Shown here: positions 1 to 13,467 of the stretch, piece by piece | Numbering within the stretch: the first letter of the stretch is position 1 | Layout of the letters: each line of letters opens with the position of its first letter | From: Amoeboaphelidium protococcarum X5 | Lineage: Eukaryota > Fungi > Aphelidiomycota | Assembly (NCBI GenBank): GCA_023515725.1 | Contig: JALDTO010000266.1 | Coordinates: 1,633,608 to 1,697,607, forward strand | Reading direction: 5' to 3' | Length of the DNA: 64,000 nucleotides | Position numbers and translations under genes: made by a program | The notes under the pieces: generated by a model | Databases searched by the model: none | The model's input: only the letters and a program-made list of their open reading frames with translations | Told to the model about the DNA's origin: nothing

Positions 1-685
1 ACACGAGAATTTAAAACGACAATATAAATCATTAGATACAAACAGTGTAAGGCCGATACACAACGACAATTCCTACCTTTAGTCCATGCGATAGGGAAGC
101 GGGTGACACGAGGCTTGTCACTCAAGATGGAGCGTGCGATGCGATCCCACTGCACTTCAGTAGGAGGATTCTCTTTCAGCTACTCGTCCATGTACTCATT
201 ATTGACGTAGTAACCGACGCGCACAAATTCATGGTTCAAGTAGGAGCAGGTTAGCAGAACTACAGTGACTCCTATTGCATCTGTAGAAGGAATCTTTTCA
301 ATCTAAGGAGCTGGTGCCTACAAATAATAGTATGTGGTATATATTGACAAGATCATAATAGCATTCACTGTACATAGAATGAACCATACCTAAAAGACAA
401 ACTTGTTCACACCGACCGGCACTGGACCAACCATAATGTTATCTAGTACTTGATCATGTTCCTCACTCTCGGCACTCCCAACATAGATGATTCTCCACTC
501 TAAATCTACACAATCATAAAATTAAGACGAGTCTCAAGGTATATCGCATATATTATAATAGTAAACAAGTAAATACCTTCCTCAAGAGCAGCAATACACT
601 CAAAAGTGATCTCAAATTGAAATGGATTTCTGAACGGAGCCGGATTGTCCAACACCTGGACATCTAGAATATTGACCAGCGACAT
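1..685 (-). CDS. ASF1: Histone chaperone ASF1 (spliced; 3' end probably runs off the window start)
   Basis: Translates as [55 protein letters not shown](TAG=Q)[40 protein letters not shown] introns at 576-506 and 389-318. Confidence 0.95.
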
Positions 686-1001
686 ATTTTAGTCTATGAA
701 TTGATTATAAAGACAGACAGTTGATAGTGTATACAACAACAACAGCTATATTAAATGAATGAATGACTGCTATAGAAAGAACACGTAAGAATCTTTGCAG
801 AGTAAAACGGCTGGCGAGAGAAGGAGAAATAGAGAAGAGATTTTCTCTCCCAAAACGCGCGTTGAAACTGTTTCAGGTATTGAGGATTTCTTATTCTGGG
901 CATGGCTAACTTTATGCGTATCTATTTGCACGCCACGTTGAAACATCCAGTTTTGTTCGAAACGCGTCTCTCTATTGCTTGATATCTCCAAGTGACGTGA
1001 T

Positions 1002-1026
1002 GAGAGAGAGAGAGAGAGAGAGAGAG
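1002..1026. repeat. (GA)n microsatellite upstream of ASF1
   Basis: Direct run of GA dinucleotides. Confidence 0.9.
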
Positions 1027-1153
1027 TGATGAACAACTTTAGAAGGAAAATGCAAAATTTGTCTCATTCAGAAACACTCGCATTCATACGTTCATTCTAT
1101 GTCATTCATTCATTCACTACTGTATAAGTATTTCAGTGTCACAAATGACCAAT

Positions 1154-2345
1154 TCATTTCTTCTGGTTAGCAATGGAAAAGAATTTCTGTTACACTATTC
1201 CAGCAAGGCCTGCACCTGTGAAATCACCTAACCAGTACAGCCATAGATAGTTTCCATTCCAAGAGCACAAGGCCGGGCCGAATGCTCTCGCAGGATTAAA
1301 CGCGCCTCCAGAGACACTACCGCCAAGAAAGCACAAGAATCCCAATGTCAGTCCAATTGACAATGGAGCAAATCCGGCCTTACTTGAGCCTGTTGTGGTG
1401 TAAATCGTCATTTTGGCATTCTTCTTTGCCGCCTGCGGATCTTTGATTTCATTGCCTATCGCATCGATCAGTTTCACATCAGTGTGATCACTATTGACTG
1501 TATCAAATGCAGTGGCGAATATCACATACACCAGAATGAATGAAAGAATAATCTCCATCACCAAAGCCCTGGCTAGATTAGTGTCAGCGGCAGGAGAGAC
1601 AACAAGAGAACTCACCACGCTAGTCACTGTTCCATCGGTAGCCACAGAAGGAGGAAAGACAATCGTCAGTAGGAGCATGGCAATCAATGAAGCAAATAGC
1701 TGCATCCCAATATAGACTAAACCTTTCGCTAAAGTCGTCTTACCAGTGACAATGGTTGCAAAAGTGACGGCCGGATTAAAATTAGCACCTGAAACATCTG
1801 CAAAAGAATAGATTAGAGCAATGGCACAGAATGCCGTTGCAAGTCCACCCACAACAGTTCCTTCTTGATCTGCATGTCCAGCTCTAGTTACATTGATACC
1901 CACAGCGCAGACTACAAATATAAAGATCAGAGTCACCAAAAACTCTGCTGCTGCAGCTCTTATCATCTACACGAGTAAAAATGAGATTTCATATGGTATC
2001 AAGTTGATAATTTCAATATACATGATGTGGACTTACCACTTTGCGATTGGCAGCCTTAAACTCATCCAGGTTGAACAGCTTCTTTCGCTACTCTGCAAAA
2101 TTTTGCGGTATAGTATCTTGGACTCTATTAACGACATTACCAACAGCCGCCTGTATATTGGCAGACTTTTACTGCAGAGATAAAGATGCAGCCTATCTAG
2201 TGGAGTTGATACCAGCTGAAGTGGGATTGTCCAAATCTTGCGACTACAGAGACAGATTGTCATCGTCATCATCGACGAATCCTGCATTCTAGCTCAGTGG
2301 ATCTTGCTATCTATCATCAATACGAACAAAGCCAGAATTTGACAT
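1154..2345 (-). CDS. Aquaporin (MIP family) with an acidic/Gln-rich N-terminus
   Basis: Two NPA boxes (NFNPAVTF, AFNPARAFG) and the AEF motif. ATG at 2345, intron ~2036-1967. Reads through TAA at 1190 to TGA at 1154. Confidence 0.93.
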
Positions 2346-3048
2346 TTTAGCTTATATTGCTTATGTTTAATTATTGATTCTCAAAGCTGAAACAATGAGG
2401 ATGTTTTGGATGAGAAAATGATGTTTGAGCGATAAAGCTTATTTCACCAAGGCTCAGAAAGTTTAACAGCTGAGTATAAAAATAGACGTTTTGGAGTTGT
2501 CACTATGAAGACAATATGACATCATTAGACAGAGAAACGTTCTTTGATTTATGATTCAAGTCGATAAAGGCTGGTAGTAAATTGAACATTGATCTTGGTT
2601 TTATTTCCGCACTATTGTACACTAGGTAATTTTGTAATTACAATGTGGCTTTGTCACTCCCTGACTTTAACTGTTGAAGCAATGTTAAGGCCATGTGACT
2701 ATCAAGTGTAACCTGTCCATAACTAGTGTTTATCTTACAAATGTCAGCAGCCGCATCAAACTACAGTATGCAGAGTATGAACGCAAGTGAGCGAAGAGTG
2801 TCCTGGTAGTATCTTCTTCTTTCCAACACTGAGATAAATTTCAATCTATGTATTTGATTTGTGACCGCCCATGTCAAGTTTCCACATTGATGAACAAAAA
2901 TTTGTGTTAAGCACAGTCTGGTCACACGGGGTTACTAAATAGCACGCGCATGTGCCTTATTGGAAAGTCACGAGCACCAAATGAGTAAAACTTCCAGCAC
3001 AATCAGAATAACCGAGATCATCATCTTTCATACCGTCAAGCAATAATT

Positions 3049-3927
3049 ATGAAGTTAATAATAATTTTTTCCACGTGTGCCATGTTGGCATGGTCTCTTC
3101 CGCAAAATGCAGGTGCCAAAGCTCCTGCTGCCAAAGCCGCTCCTGCATAAAAGGCTGCTCCTGCCAAAGCCGCTCCTGCATAAAAGGCTGCTCCTGCCAA
3201 AGCTGCTCCTGCATAACAAAAGGCTACCCCTGCCAAACCATAAGCCTCTACTAATACCGGACGCGCTTTGCAAGCCCCAGTTCCTCCTAACGGTCCTCCT
3301 GGAGGTCCCTAAGGTGGTGGCCCAGGTCAGCAACCTGGCGACGTTCGTCCTCAGCATCATCGCCCCTAGCATCAGCGTCCAGTACATCGTCGCCCAACGC
3401 ATCAAGCAGACGCTCCCGCTGGAGGTCCTAGCAATGCCGCTGCTGGAAGTAGCTAATAAGCGGCTGGAAATGGTGCTGGAAGTAGCTAATAGGCTGGTGG
3501 CAATGGTGCTGGAACCAGCCAATAAGCGACAGGGGGTGGTGCTGGAAGTAGCTAGTATTCAAAAGATACTGTATGGGCGGCACAATAGTCAGCCAATCAA
3601 GGCTCGTTATCAAATGCTCCGTCTCTGTATGACAGTGATGATGACTTTGAGCCTGAGCCGTTTGCCGTGGCACCCGCACCTGGGGCTGCCGGAAGTGGTC
3701 AATCACCGGTAGGTGCTGGTCCTAGTCAGTCTTCTGCCGAATCAGCTCCTCTGACTGCGTAAGAACTGGCTTAGGTAAGATTACAGGCATAGCAGCAGTA
3801 AAATCCTCAACAATAGCAGGAGTTCAATCAAGGATCCTTATTCCCTCCTTTCCCTGCAACATAGTAGTAGGGAAGCTTATTCCCTCCTTTCAACTCGCGT
3901 GATGAGCTAAAAAGAAGATCAGACTGA
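3049..3927 (+). CDS. Secreted low-complexity Ala/Pro/Gly/Gln-rich repeat protein (292 aa)
   Basis: With TAR=Q there is one ORF, MKLIIIFSTCAMLAWSLPQ (signal-peptide-like), then tandem AAPAQKAAPAK repeats, AGSSQQAxGNG repeats and two GSLFPPF motifs, ending at TGA 3925-3927. Confidence 0.8.
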
Positions 3928-4395
3928 TCTCCTTTACCTCCAAAAATAGTAGCTTTTGAGTATATTGATGAATGATGGTATTAAAAAAGTGTTTAATTTC
4001 AGATTTTAGCTATAGTTTAAGGAACGCAACTTGACATTACAGAAAGAACATGTCTGGCTTCCCATATCCATCGTTTGATTCTTCGCCACAACGCGACCAT
4101 AAAACAATTAGTGCTACACGCTTTACCTGAGGACTTTATATTCATAAACGAGATTATCAAAAATGATATCATTAAGCTTTGACTGTATCCACTATTAAGA
4201 TATATTTTATTGCGTTCTCTATTTTAGACTTCTACAGGATATGATACGAGATTTTCACTCTAAAATTGTTTCAAATTTGATCATTTCTGTTGTTTCAATT
4301 GCCCAAACGAGAAGAAACTCTTAAAGTTGAAATCACTATACACAATGTTGGCTAGAGCACGTAGTACTGAATTATTATCATGGTACTAATTCCTT

Positions 4396-5535
4396 ATGGA
4401 TGAATCTTATCACTCTACGACTGATATGACTTTGTATGCCCATAGACTAAAGTTGCCTCTGGAAATAATATCAATGATTTTCGATAATGTCGTCTCGTAC
4501 CGGCAGATTTGTATTGTGGATGAGCGATCATTTGGTGAGTATCTCAAGCAGAGGCTAAAGCTGTTATCTACATGTAGATACTTTAGGTCTCTGTATCAAT
4601 TTAAAAATATACAAAGCCTAGAAGTCGATTGTGAATATGCATCTTCTATGCCATTCCGGCCGTAGATTTTGTCAAAACTTGAAGTGACTCGGCTGATTTT
4701 ATGGTCTCCGTATAGTACAGTTTTGTAAAATGTATGGGATTTATTATAAAATTAATGCATAACGCACTTGACCATATCACTAAACTATTCAGCTGGTGAT
4801 ACATTCGAGTTAAAGAGAACGTCTTCTTTGAGGAGTCTTAAGTCTTTAACGTTTTCGCTATCAGATCATTGTGCCCTTGTCGCATCATAGGTGGACCTCT
4901 TAGTGGGGTTAATCAATGGAAGCAGTAATTTGTAAAATTTACATCTATCATGGCGCCTATTCGAAAGGATAATGTCCTTATATGGATCGTCTGTAATTGT
5001 TGATGCTTCATTGATTAGAACGCTGACATTGACGGTCGAGAAGAGAGACTTGTCATATTAGTCTACACTGGATGGGAACAGCAAGCATTCCTCGGTAGTT
5101 TTATCGTGGAATTCATCTTTTAATGATCATTTCTATTTGAGATTATTAAATATCTGCCATTCGATATTCCCTTGGTTGGCGTAGCCTTAGCTGATCGTCG
5201 ATGCCTCATTATTATGCGTTGAGAGGATTCATATTGAGACTTTGATAAAGGTCGATTTGGCTGATACGATATTTGATTGTAATTGCCGCTTCATGGATAT
5301 CACTATAACAATGTGGATTATGGAACAGGTGGTGGAATATGAACAATTGCTTCGGCTGTGTCCTCAAGTAACGCTAACTATCACTGAAGCATCTAAATTT
5401 AAAGCTATCGCTCATGAAAGTTTAAAGATGTAGCGAAAAGTCTACAGTCTTGTTGATTATTATGATAATTTTCATGTAAAAGGACTACACGAGTCATTAA
5501 TGTATGATGGTGATAATGAGGTAAAAAAATACTGA
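4396..5535 (+). CDS. F-box-like / LRR-like protein (379 aa)
   Basis: Continuous TAR=Q ORF joining ORF-track pieces 4396 and 5242. N-terminal LPLEIISMIFDNV...LLSTCRYFRSL resembles an F-box, followed by LxxLxL-type segments. Confidence 0.6.
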
Positions 5536-5930
5536 ACAACAACGTTTAAAGTAGCATTGAGAAATCCCTTCCTCTGTTTCATGATAATATAGAGCGGAAG
5601 CGTATTAGGTCCGAATGATTGCTTTTTTGACTCAAGCTCATCTATCGTTAACATGATACAGTTCTCGCAGAGTGAGCCTTGTTCAGAGGCGCGCATCACA
5701 GAAAAGCATATATCTCAACTGATCAATTTTCATAGGATACTAATAGGCATACAGCTAGAGTATTATAGCACCGAGTAACAAAAAGTATTGGTCTTACTGC
5801 GCGGGACTGATGCAATGACGCGTGATTTTTTGCTTTGGGGCTGCAACGTTAATTTTCAAATTCTAGCGCGTCGAATCTTTGTTGCCCATAAAGTCAGTTT
5901 TACGCGATTGAGGCAATTTTAATATTTGTA

Positions 5931-6608
5931 ATGTCTACACCTGTTGGGAAGGTAAATAGTTATGGTATTTTTTAACGTATTGATTATATGCCCAATATTG
6001 TAGACTGGAATCGCTTTCGCTAGACTCTGGCATCTGGCAGACGCCAAGGGATAAGTATTGGGAAGATTGGCGCGAGGAGTTGCCACCACATTGATGGGTG
6101 AGCACAAACCAATTTACGACCCTTCCAGTAAGACTTACAGTTTGCTTTAATTAATTTAAACCATTTCATATCGCTCTCAAGCGAACCGTGTATCAGCGAG
6201 TGTGTAGATGATTGTGGAGATTATGTTGTTGTGATTAACGCGCGTCATATCGTGGTGTCCGGTAATAAACTCGACACTAAAATGTATCGCAGTCATAGCG
6301 GTTATGCTGGTGGAATTACTGAAGTGTCTTTGGAGAGGATGATGCGCGATAATCCAGAGCAAGTGATCAGGAAAGCTGTATATGGAATGCTGGCTAAGAA
6401 TTAGCTGCGATAGAAGAGAATCAACAGGCTCTTGATATTCCCGGATGACAAGCACCCATACGCGCAGAATATTGCTAAATTCTATGAACATCCAGAAATG
6501 CTCAAAGTGAATAGAAGGTAATGGGCAGAAATGAGCGCTGAGGATCTTCAAAAATTATAGTTTGATCTTGTCCGCTCAGAGCTTGTCAAGCATGGTTTGC
6601 TCAAGTGA
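5931..6608 (+). CDS. MRPL13: Mitochondrial ribosomal protein uL13m (2 introns)
   Basis: WHLADAKGQVLGRLA..LMGEHKPIYDPS..DCGDYVVVINA..YRSHSGYAGG..AVYGMLAKN. Ends at TGA 6606-6608. Confidence 0.93.
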
Positions 6609-6779
6609 TCATCACGTAATTTCTACTTGATAAAAAATAAAACTAAAATTTTTAAAAATAATTTAAGATATATTCCATTTCCATTTATACATATCATTCG
6701 CAAATTCCATACAATCAGATCACTTATGCAAACCCCGCTAGAGTCATAATGATGCAAAGTTCATCACCCATTAAGAGAA

Positions 6780-8954
6780 TCACTTCAAGTCAATAAAGAC
6801 AGTGAGGAAGGAGTCTTGCAACAAATTGGCGCCAGGTGTATACAGCTAAACGGTACGCAATCCCTTCGAGAGGCAGTTTAGAGGGATAGCAGCATAGGCC
6901 AGTAACTGATCTTTACCAACATCTTCATCAATGACATTAAATCTCAAGAACGTCAACTCTGGTCTGACTGCAGCGAATGGATTCGACAGCAACTGATCAA
7001 AATTGAACGATTGAGACGCAAACTTCTGAGTTACTTACTAAGCACTAGTACAAGAGTCCAAATCTTGAGCCCATACAGGAGTCAGTCCATTATTGTTGAC
7101 TTGCGGTGTCTTACTGACCATCTTGACGATGCCCAACTCTTCGCTCGGTGAAGGAGCAATAACAGACACTTCGACATACGGATCGATAATCTCGCCCTGC
7201 ATCTCAAGATTAGGCTTTGGCAACTTGAAGCCTCCCAGCACCGTGACTCTTAACTAACGAAATAACTTTGGTGTACCGCTTACTTTATCTGGTAGCAATT
7301 AATCGGTTTTCAGAACGTATCCGCAGTTACCATTCTACAAAAACAGACCATGATTGATTTCAAGGGACTAATCATGATGCTACAGGTTCAGCGCCGCCAT
7401 CTGACAACCAACCATCCAATACACCTGAGGATCAATGTTGGAAGAATCAATTCTAGTACCTTTTGGATAAATACGCGCAAAGGCCTTAATAGTGAAGTTA
7501 ATAAACTCATGCAAAGTATCAGACTTTGATCCTTTGCGAATCAACTTCAACGCTTTATTCTCCGACAGTGAGGCAATGCTCAAGCCATTGAATTCACCGG
7601 AACTCTCTTTGAATGATTTGAACTTCTTTGACTGCATATAGATGGCTAGAGACGCGAGTTCAGTAGCAACTTTCAACTTCTTCTTGGCCTCGCTATCTGT
7701 GTTACTGTCAACGGAAGATGGCGTAACACTAGAGGCATCCTTAGTCTTACTACTATCATTATCCTATTTCTTTTTATTACCAGGAAGTAGCTTGGAAAAC
7801 AATCCGCCACCCAGCTTCGGTTTACCACCATTACCAGATGATTGCTTCTCAGCGGATTTTTCGCCTACTGTAGACTTTGACTGAGGGCTTTTGGTGCTTA
7901 AGGAGCTATCACTCTCACTTCCGCTGCTACTACCGCTAGAACTTGCATCATCGAGCTATTACTACTACTGCTTACCATCTGCATCCACTCTATCAGGACT
8001 GGCGACAGTGACCGGGGCAATCTTATCCGCCTTTACAGAGTGTCTCTTGGTCTTGACAATAATCTTGCGCTTCAACTGCTCAGGACTAGGTACATGATCC
8101 TATTACTCTTCATGCAACGGCTTGGCCACCAGAGAATCGCCAAAGACTTCAGTCAGCAGATTAGCCATCACAACCTGCTACTCCACACCGGTGTGAACCT
8201 CCAGAGACAGTACGACAGGATACTCACTGACAAGAAAGGCGTTCTCCTTGATGGCGATCAGTACATCTTTAAACAGAATCTTACTAGTCAGCGTGTGGCC
8301 ATGTAGGATAACCGGTTGATTATCCTAACCATCCCAGACATCTAATTCCACGCAGCGACATCCCATTCTCAGGGCATTAACATATGAACTGGTAGAAGAT
8401 TTGCTATCCAACTAATTACCAGTCAGATACGTGTTGTGAGAGGAATTAATATAATACCATGTCCAAGGCTTGGTCATATCTTGATAGATACGACGCTTCT
8501 GAACATCGTATGCATTGTTCTAATCGCTGAACAGGAACTGACAAAACTACGCAAACGCTACTCTGTCGCCCGTTACTCCACCCACCACCTGATCTGCAAC
8601 ATGCCCACTAACCCCTTATACATTCACTAGCCACTATTTGAATTAATCTTTGGTCGCGCTAGCTCCATCACCGCTACCAGCAGCCACACAGTGAGTAAAA
8701 TACAATCGAATCGCTTAATTAGAATTCAACTTCAAATGCTAGTAAATTTATCTAAACTCATTTTTATTATACTCCTTCTTCTACTGAAGATTAGCGCTTT
8801 GACAAAGGGACTATACATTCTATGAACTACACTCAAAGTTGAGCTTCTTCAGCATCTTGCTCAACTCCTGAGTATCCAACAGACCATTCCCATTCTTGTC
8901 CGTCAACTTCCACAGCTGGTCAATATCATCCGCTGTCTTTTACTCAACTGGCAT
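6780..8954 (-). CDS. PLC1: Phosphoinositide-specific phospholipase C (EF-hand, X, Y, C2; 724 aa)
   Basis: X box YYINSSHNTYLTGNQL..GCRCVELDVWDG..YHGHTLTSKI..YPVVLSLEVH; Y box RIYPKGTRIDSSN..WMVGCQMAALNLQ; C2 DPYVEV..NNGLTPVW. Intronless ORF under TAR=Q. Confidence 0.95.
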
Positions 8955-9113
8955 TGTGAATAATGATGATTACCTTTGTCTTTAATAGAGGTAAGATATA
9001 AATCGCCGACAATTATTATAGAAATGCGCCCTGGTTATACACCTGAATACACCGTATACCGAACCGAACCGAACCGAATCGAACTGAAGAATGAGAGTTC
9101 AACAGAGATGAGA

Positions 9114-9135
9114 AGAGAGAGAGAGAGAGAGAGAG
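9114..9135. repeat. (AG)n microsatellite upstream of PLC, next to an (ACCGA)n run at ~9058-9077
   Basis: Direct repeats visible in the sequence. Confidence 0.85.
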
Positions 9136-9371
9136 CGACCAGAAACAACAAACAGCCATCGCGGGAAAATCGCTGTGACCCGTTCATTACGCGATGAAGT
9201 CTCTGTGAATAGGAGACAGTTTGTTAGCATTTTAATAATGATTAAGGTGATGATTTAGTATTTGATTACCGTCAAAATGCTTCAATACATAACATTCGAT
9301 TACAGTAAACATAGCTCAATAATATCAATATACAAAAACAAATAAATTTAACGAATGCGAACTGAACAAGA

Positions 9372-11258
9372 TCATTTTAATGGACGAGTCTCACGCTGCA
9401 ACCACTCAAGTCCAAGTTTACCTTCTTCTCCGCCTATTTGCTGTAGAACAGGCGCAACCTTGTCGTAACACTTGCGATGATACTGGTCGACAAACTTCAC
9501 CTCCTCATCAATCAGCATCGACACATCAATCAGATTGCGTCCATATGGAACCAGAGTCACAGCTTCAAACCCGAGATAACTTTCATCGGGCGAATCACAT
9601 CCAAATTGATACGGCAAATGAGTAGCTTTACCCACCAGGCACACATTCTCGATTCTGATACCAAACTAATTATCCAGATAGAATCCTGGCTCTATAGTCA
9701 CAGTCATTCCCTCCTTCAGTGGCACATCATCGGCCGTCTTTCTAAAACTTACACTATGCGGACCTTCATGGACACCGCTGAAATGGCCCACACCGTGACC
9801 AGTACCATGACGATAATCCATGCCGTATTTCCACATTGAGGCGCGACATATTGAGTCCAGTTTGAATCCAGAAGTATTCGGTGGAAACGTGGCCATTGAT
9901 AGTGCCAGATGGCTTTTTAGCACGCTGGTGAAAGCAAACTTGAACTTCTCATCTGGATTAGAGCCAAAGTACATGGTTCTAGTCACATCGGTAGTACCAT
10001 TCATGTACTGTCCTCCGCTATCACAAAGATACACTTAATCAGGAGTGATGACAGAGCACTGACCCTTCTCTGGCTTATAGTGAATGATGGCACCATTAGG
10101 ACCAATACCGGATATGGTGTCAAAAGACAGAGACACGAACATGGGCATCTTCTTTCTAAAGTACTCAGCCTTATCAGCTCCATCAACTTCATCAATACTC
10201 TAATTCTTCTATTACAAAAGCTCTTTCTCAAGCCAGCCAAAATACATGCAAAGAGCAGCAGCATCATTGATATGACACTCTCTGAATCCATTCTACTCAG
10301 TGTCATTCTTGATAGCTTTCCAGTGCTGAATGACACTCTTCTCAGTCTTCAGACGGTCCTTACCACCAACAGAATTCAATACTCCAACATGGATCGTATC
10401 TGATGCCACTACGAAATTCTCAATAGACTTATAAGATCCAACCACCTCCGTTCCCAAATACTAGCGCCAGGAATTGTATGGCTTCACCTGGACCTTCAGC
10501 TGAGCCAAATATGGACCTACAGCTGTGCTACCAACATACTTATCCATTGATACATCGGTAAACAGAACAATATCACCACCATCACGTGCACTCACATACA
10601 GATAGGAGAAGAAGTAAGGGTTGTAGTCAATATCAGAACTGCGAATGTTGAGTAGATAAGCAATCTCATCCAGGCTGGAAATGAACGTACCAAGACAGTG
10701 TTCACCCTTCTCCTTCTACAGATACTCTCTCAACTTACGCAGCTTTTACTCAGCAGACTGACCGGCATACTTGACATCCAACACCATCAAGGGATTAAAT
10801 ACTCTCTTGGGCTTATCAGCCCACACCATATCGACGGGATTATCCTTGGATGGAACGGCAGTCAGTTTATAGTCCTTCAACTTGGTCAAATTCGCCTAAT
10901 AAGAAGGCACATCTGTACACTCTTCATCGAATCCAATACGCTGGTGTTACTAACAATTGGCCAGAATCCAATCGCTCATGGACGGAGTGGAGGGGAGGCC
11001 AAACTTCATAAGCGTCCACTCGGAAGACAACTACTTGCCAGCTTGCAAGTAATAGCGGCCATCAGTCCACAGCAGAGCCTTATCCATAGTAATGAGAGCC
11101 CATCCAGCACTTCCCGTAAACTTGCTTATGAAAGCACGCCTCTAGTCCACCTCTGCCAAATACTCTGAACAGTGGGCATCAGTTGCAGCCACAATGAACG
11201 CATCCAGACGCAACTATCTCAACTTTTCTCTAAACTACTCCAGTAATGTGCCCGACAT
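9372..11258 (-). CDS. XPNPEP1: Xaa-Pro aminopeptidase P (M24B; 628 aa)
   Basis: [77 protein letters not shown]. Single TAR=Q ORF. Confidence 0.95.
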
Positions 11259-11763
11259 TCTCTTTATACTCATTCAAATTACGATAAAATTAGTAAAGAT
11301 AAAGGGAATGAGTAAACGAAGACCAAGAAGAACAAAGAAGCAGATGTCACTTCAAAGCAAAGAAATAGACAGCAAGAGGAAGGGATGGAGAAGGATCGCT
11401 CTTTGCGTCAGTCAGTCAGTCAGTCAGTCACACAATCAATCTGCCACAAGGAAACAGCGACGCGAAACATTAAACAGTTTCGTACGGTCTTCTGTAAATA
11501 GAGTCAAAAGGTGGGAAGGATCACGTTACAGTGAAGCTAATGAGCGCTATGTTATGCACACTCATATGAAACTTTTTCTCAATGTATTAGCTCATTGACG
11601 AAGAATCGCGAGTTTGTTTATTCGACTGGTGAAACGAGAAGTTTTAAGATCATACCAACTGATTCTATTCTCAACTTTTATTGCTATTGTGTTCTGTAAA
11701 TTAGTTGAGGACTAGACATTTTCGTCAACTTTATAATCAATCAACGATAGAGAACGCGCAGTT

Positions 11764-12843
11764 ATGAAACTTTTACGAGATCTACATGTAAAGTACATTT
11801 CCCAGTTGGATGATCATAAGGATGAATTGGAATATCATCTCTCTGAACATCTTCGACTTAGTGGCGTGTATTGGGCTTTGTGTTCGGCTCATCTTTTGGG
11901 GAAGCCTGAAATTTTGGATGCGGATGGTATTGCATAGCTAGTAGTATCATGTTGGGATCACGAAAATGGTAATTTATTGTCTTAATTGCTTTTTTCATAA
12001 ATATACAGTATTAAATCGCGGTAAGATGAGTGTGTAGGTGGATTTGGAGGATATCGAGGATATGATGGACATTTGTTGTATACGCTGAGTGCAGTCTAAA
12101 TACTTGTCATGATAGGGCGCGTGGATATATTACAAGATTACAAGGAGCGGATAGGTGAGTTCATACAGCGGTTGTAGAAGGATGATGGTTCCTTTATGGG
12201 AGATCGATGGGGTGAAGTTGATACGCGATTCTCTTACTGTGCTCTAGCAGCTCTATCGCTCCTCTAATCTCTGGATAAAGCTGATCTTGATGGAGCTCAT
12301 TAGTATATAATGTCCTGTTGTAATTATGATGGCGGCTTTGGTACAGTTCCTGGTAGTGAGAGTCACGCTGGTCAGATCTGGTGCTGTCTCGCGTCTCTAT
12401 CCATTCTAAAGCGTCTAGACAATAGCAATTAGATTTAAGTTGGTGATGATACAACTTTGTAGGATAACAATGGATTTGAAAAACTTGCGCGGTGGCTGGC
12501 TCTTAGATAACTTCCTTGTGGAGGTCTGAATGGGAGGCCGTAGAAATTACAAGATGTATGTTACTCGTGGTGGGTGTTGGCATCGCTGGCTATACTCGGC
12601 AAGACGCATTACATTGATGGTCAGAAATTGTGCGAGTTCATTCTATAATGTCAAGATGAAGTGGGTGGTGGAATATCTGACAGGCCAGAGGATGAAGTTG
12701 ATATCTTTCACACTCTATTTGGTCTATGTGGTCTAAGCTTCTGCAAGTATGAAGATCCCGAGGATGGATAGCGCCTTCAAGACATTGATCCAGTCTACTG
12801 CCTCCCTTCCAGCATAACCAAGACTTTAGCATAATCGCGATGA
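11764..12843 (+). CDS. BET2: Rab geranylgeranyltransferase type II beta subunit (1 intron)
   Basis: [19 protein letters not shown](TAA=Q)[74 protein letters not shown]. Confidence 0.95.
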
Positions 12844-13467
12844 TTGATTTAAAAGCGTTTAATACAAATCTAAAGTGCGCAGTCTACGTTGACTAATTGA
12901 GCTTTCATTACATTTAGCTATTCAGTAGCTTTTCATTATTACTTATTGTGCGTACTCTACTTCTATCAGTCGAAAGTAAATCTTTCTAGTACATTACCAT
13001 CGTTCTGCGGCGGTAATCTTGATCACGGTCAAAGCACTCATAAAGCACTACTGTAGTTATGTATGACTGCTGACCTTGCCGATCTTCAATTAAGCCATAT
13101 CATTACAACGGAGCTCCGAGAATTTTAAAATCAAATCAGCAGCACCCATCATAGGCAGAACGTTATAGAGAAATTTCTAAACATCAGTTACCCTATGGTC
13201 CCGCGGCTAGACATGGATAGTAAGATCGCGGTCATGAGGTATCTACTACAATATATATTGGAGGATCCACTTCCGGAAAGTCAGATTTGAACCAAATCAA
13301 AAGCGGACCTTTCAAAGTGCATTTGTAAATTAGCAAGCAATATCCAAGATCCACACATGGACTATAGCAAGCAAATTTGAAGCGTTTTTACTTCGTTTTT
13401 CAATTCATCGTAAATCGCACAATATTTGACGTGATCTTTGCCTCTTTTCCTGATAAAACGACACTTG

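Noticed and set aside
3120-3240. 30-bp tandem repeats as a CRISPR-like array
   Set aside because: There are no unique spacers, the context is eukaryotic, and the repeats are in-frame coding repeats.
3077-3712. 211-aa Leu/Pro-rich ORF in the track and its antisense partners
   Set aside because: These are off-frame shadows of the repeat gene. The 3049 frame has a signal peptide and a coherent composition.
12538-12546. TAG in the RabGGT-beta GRP-x-K motif (often Glu) as evidence that TAG encodes Glu
   Set aside because: That position varies among orthologues, and other TAG sites (ASF1, PMT4, MTRFR) align to Gln.
12900-13290. Short open frames on both strands between BET2 and the LRR gene
   Set aside because: No recognisable motifs. 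With only one stop codon, frames of this length arise by chance.
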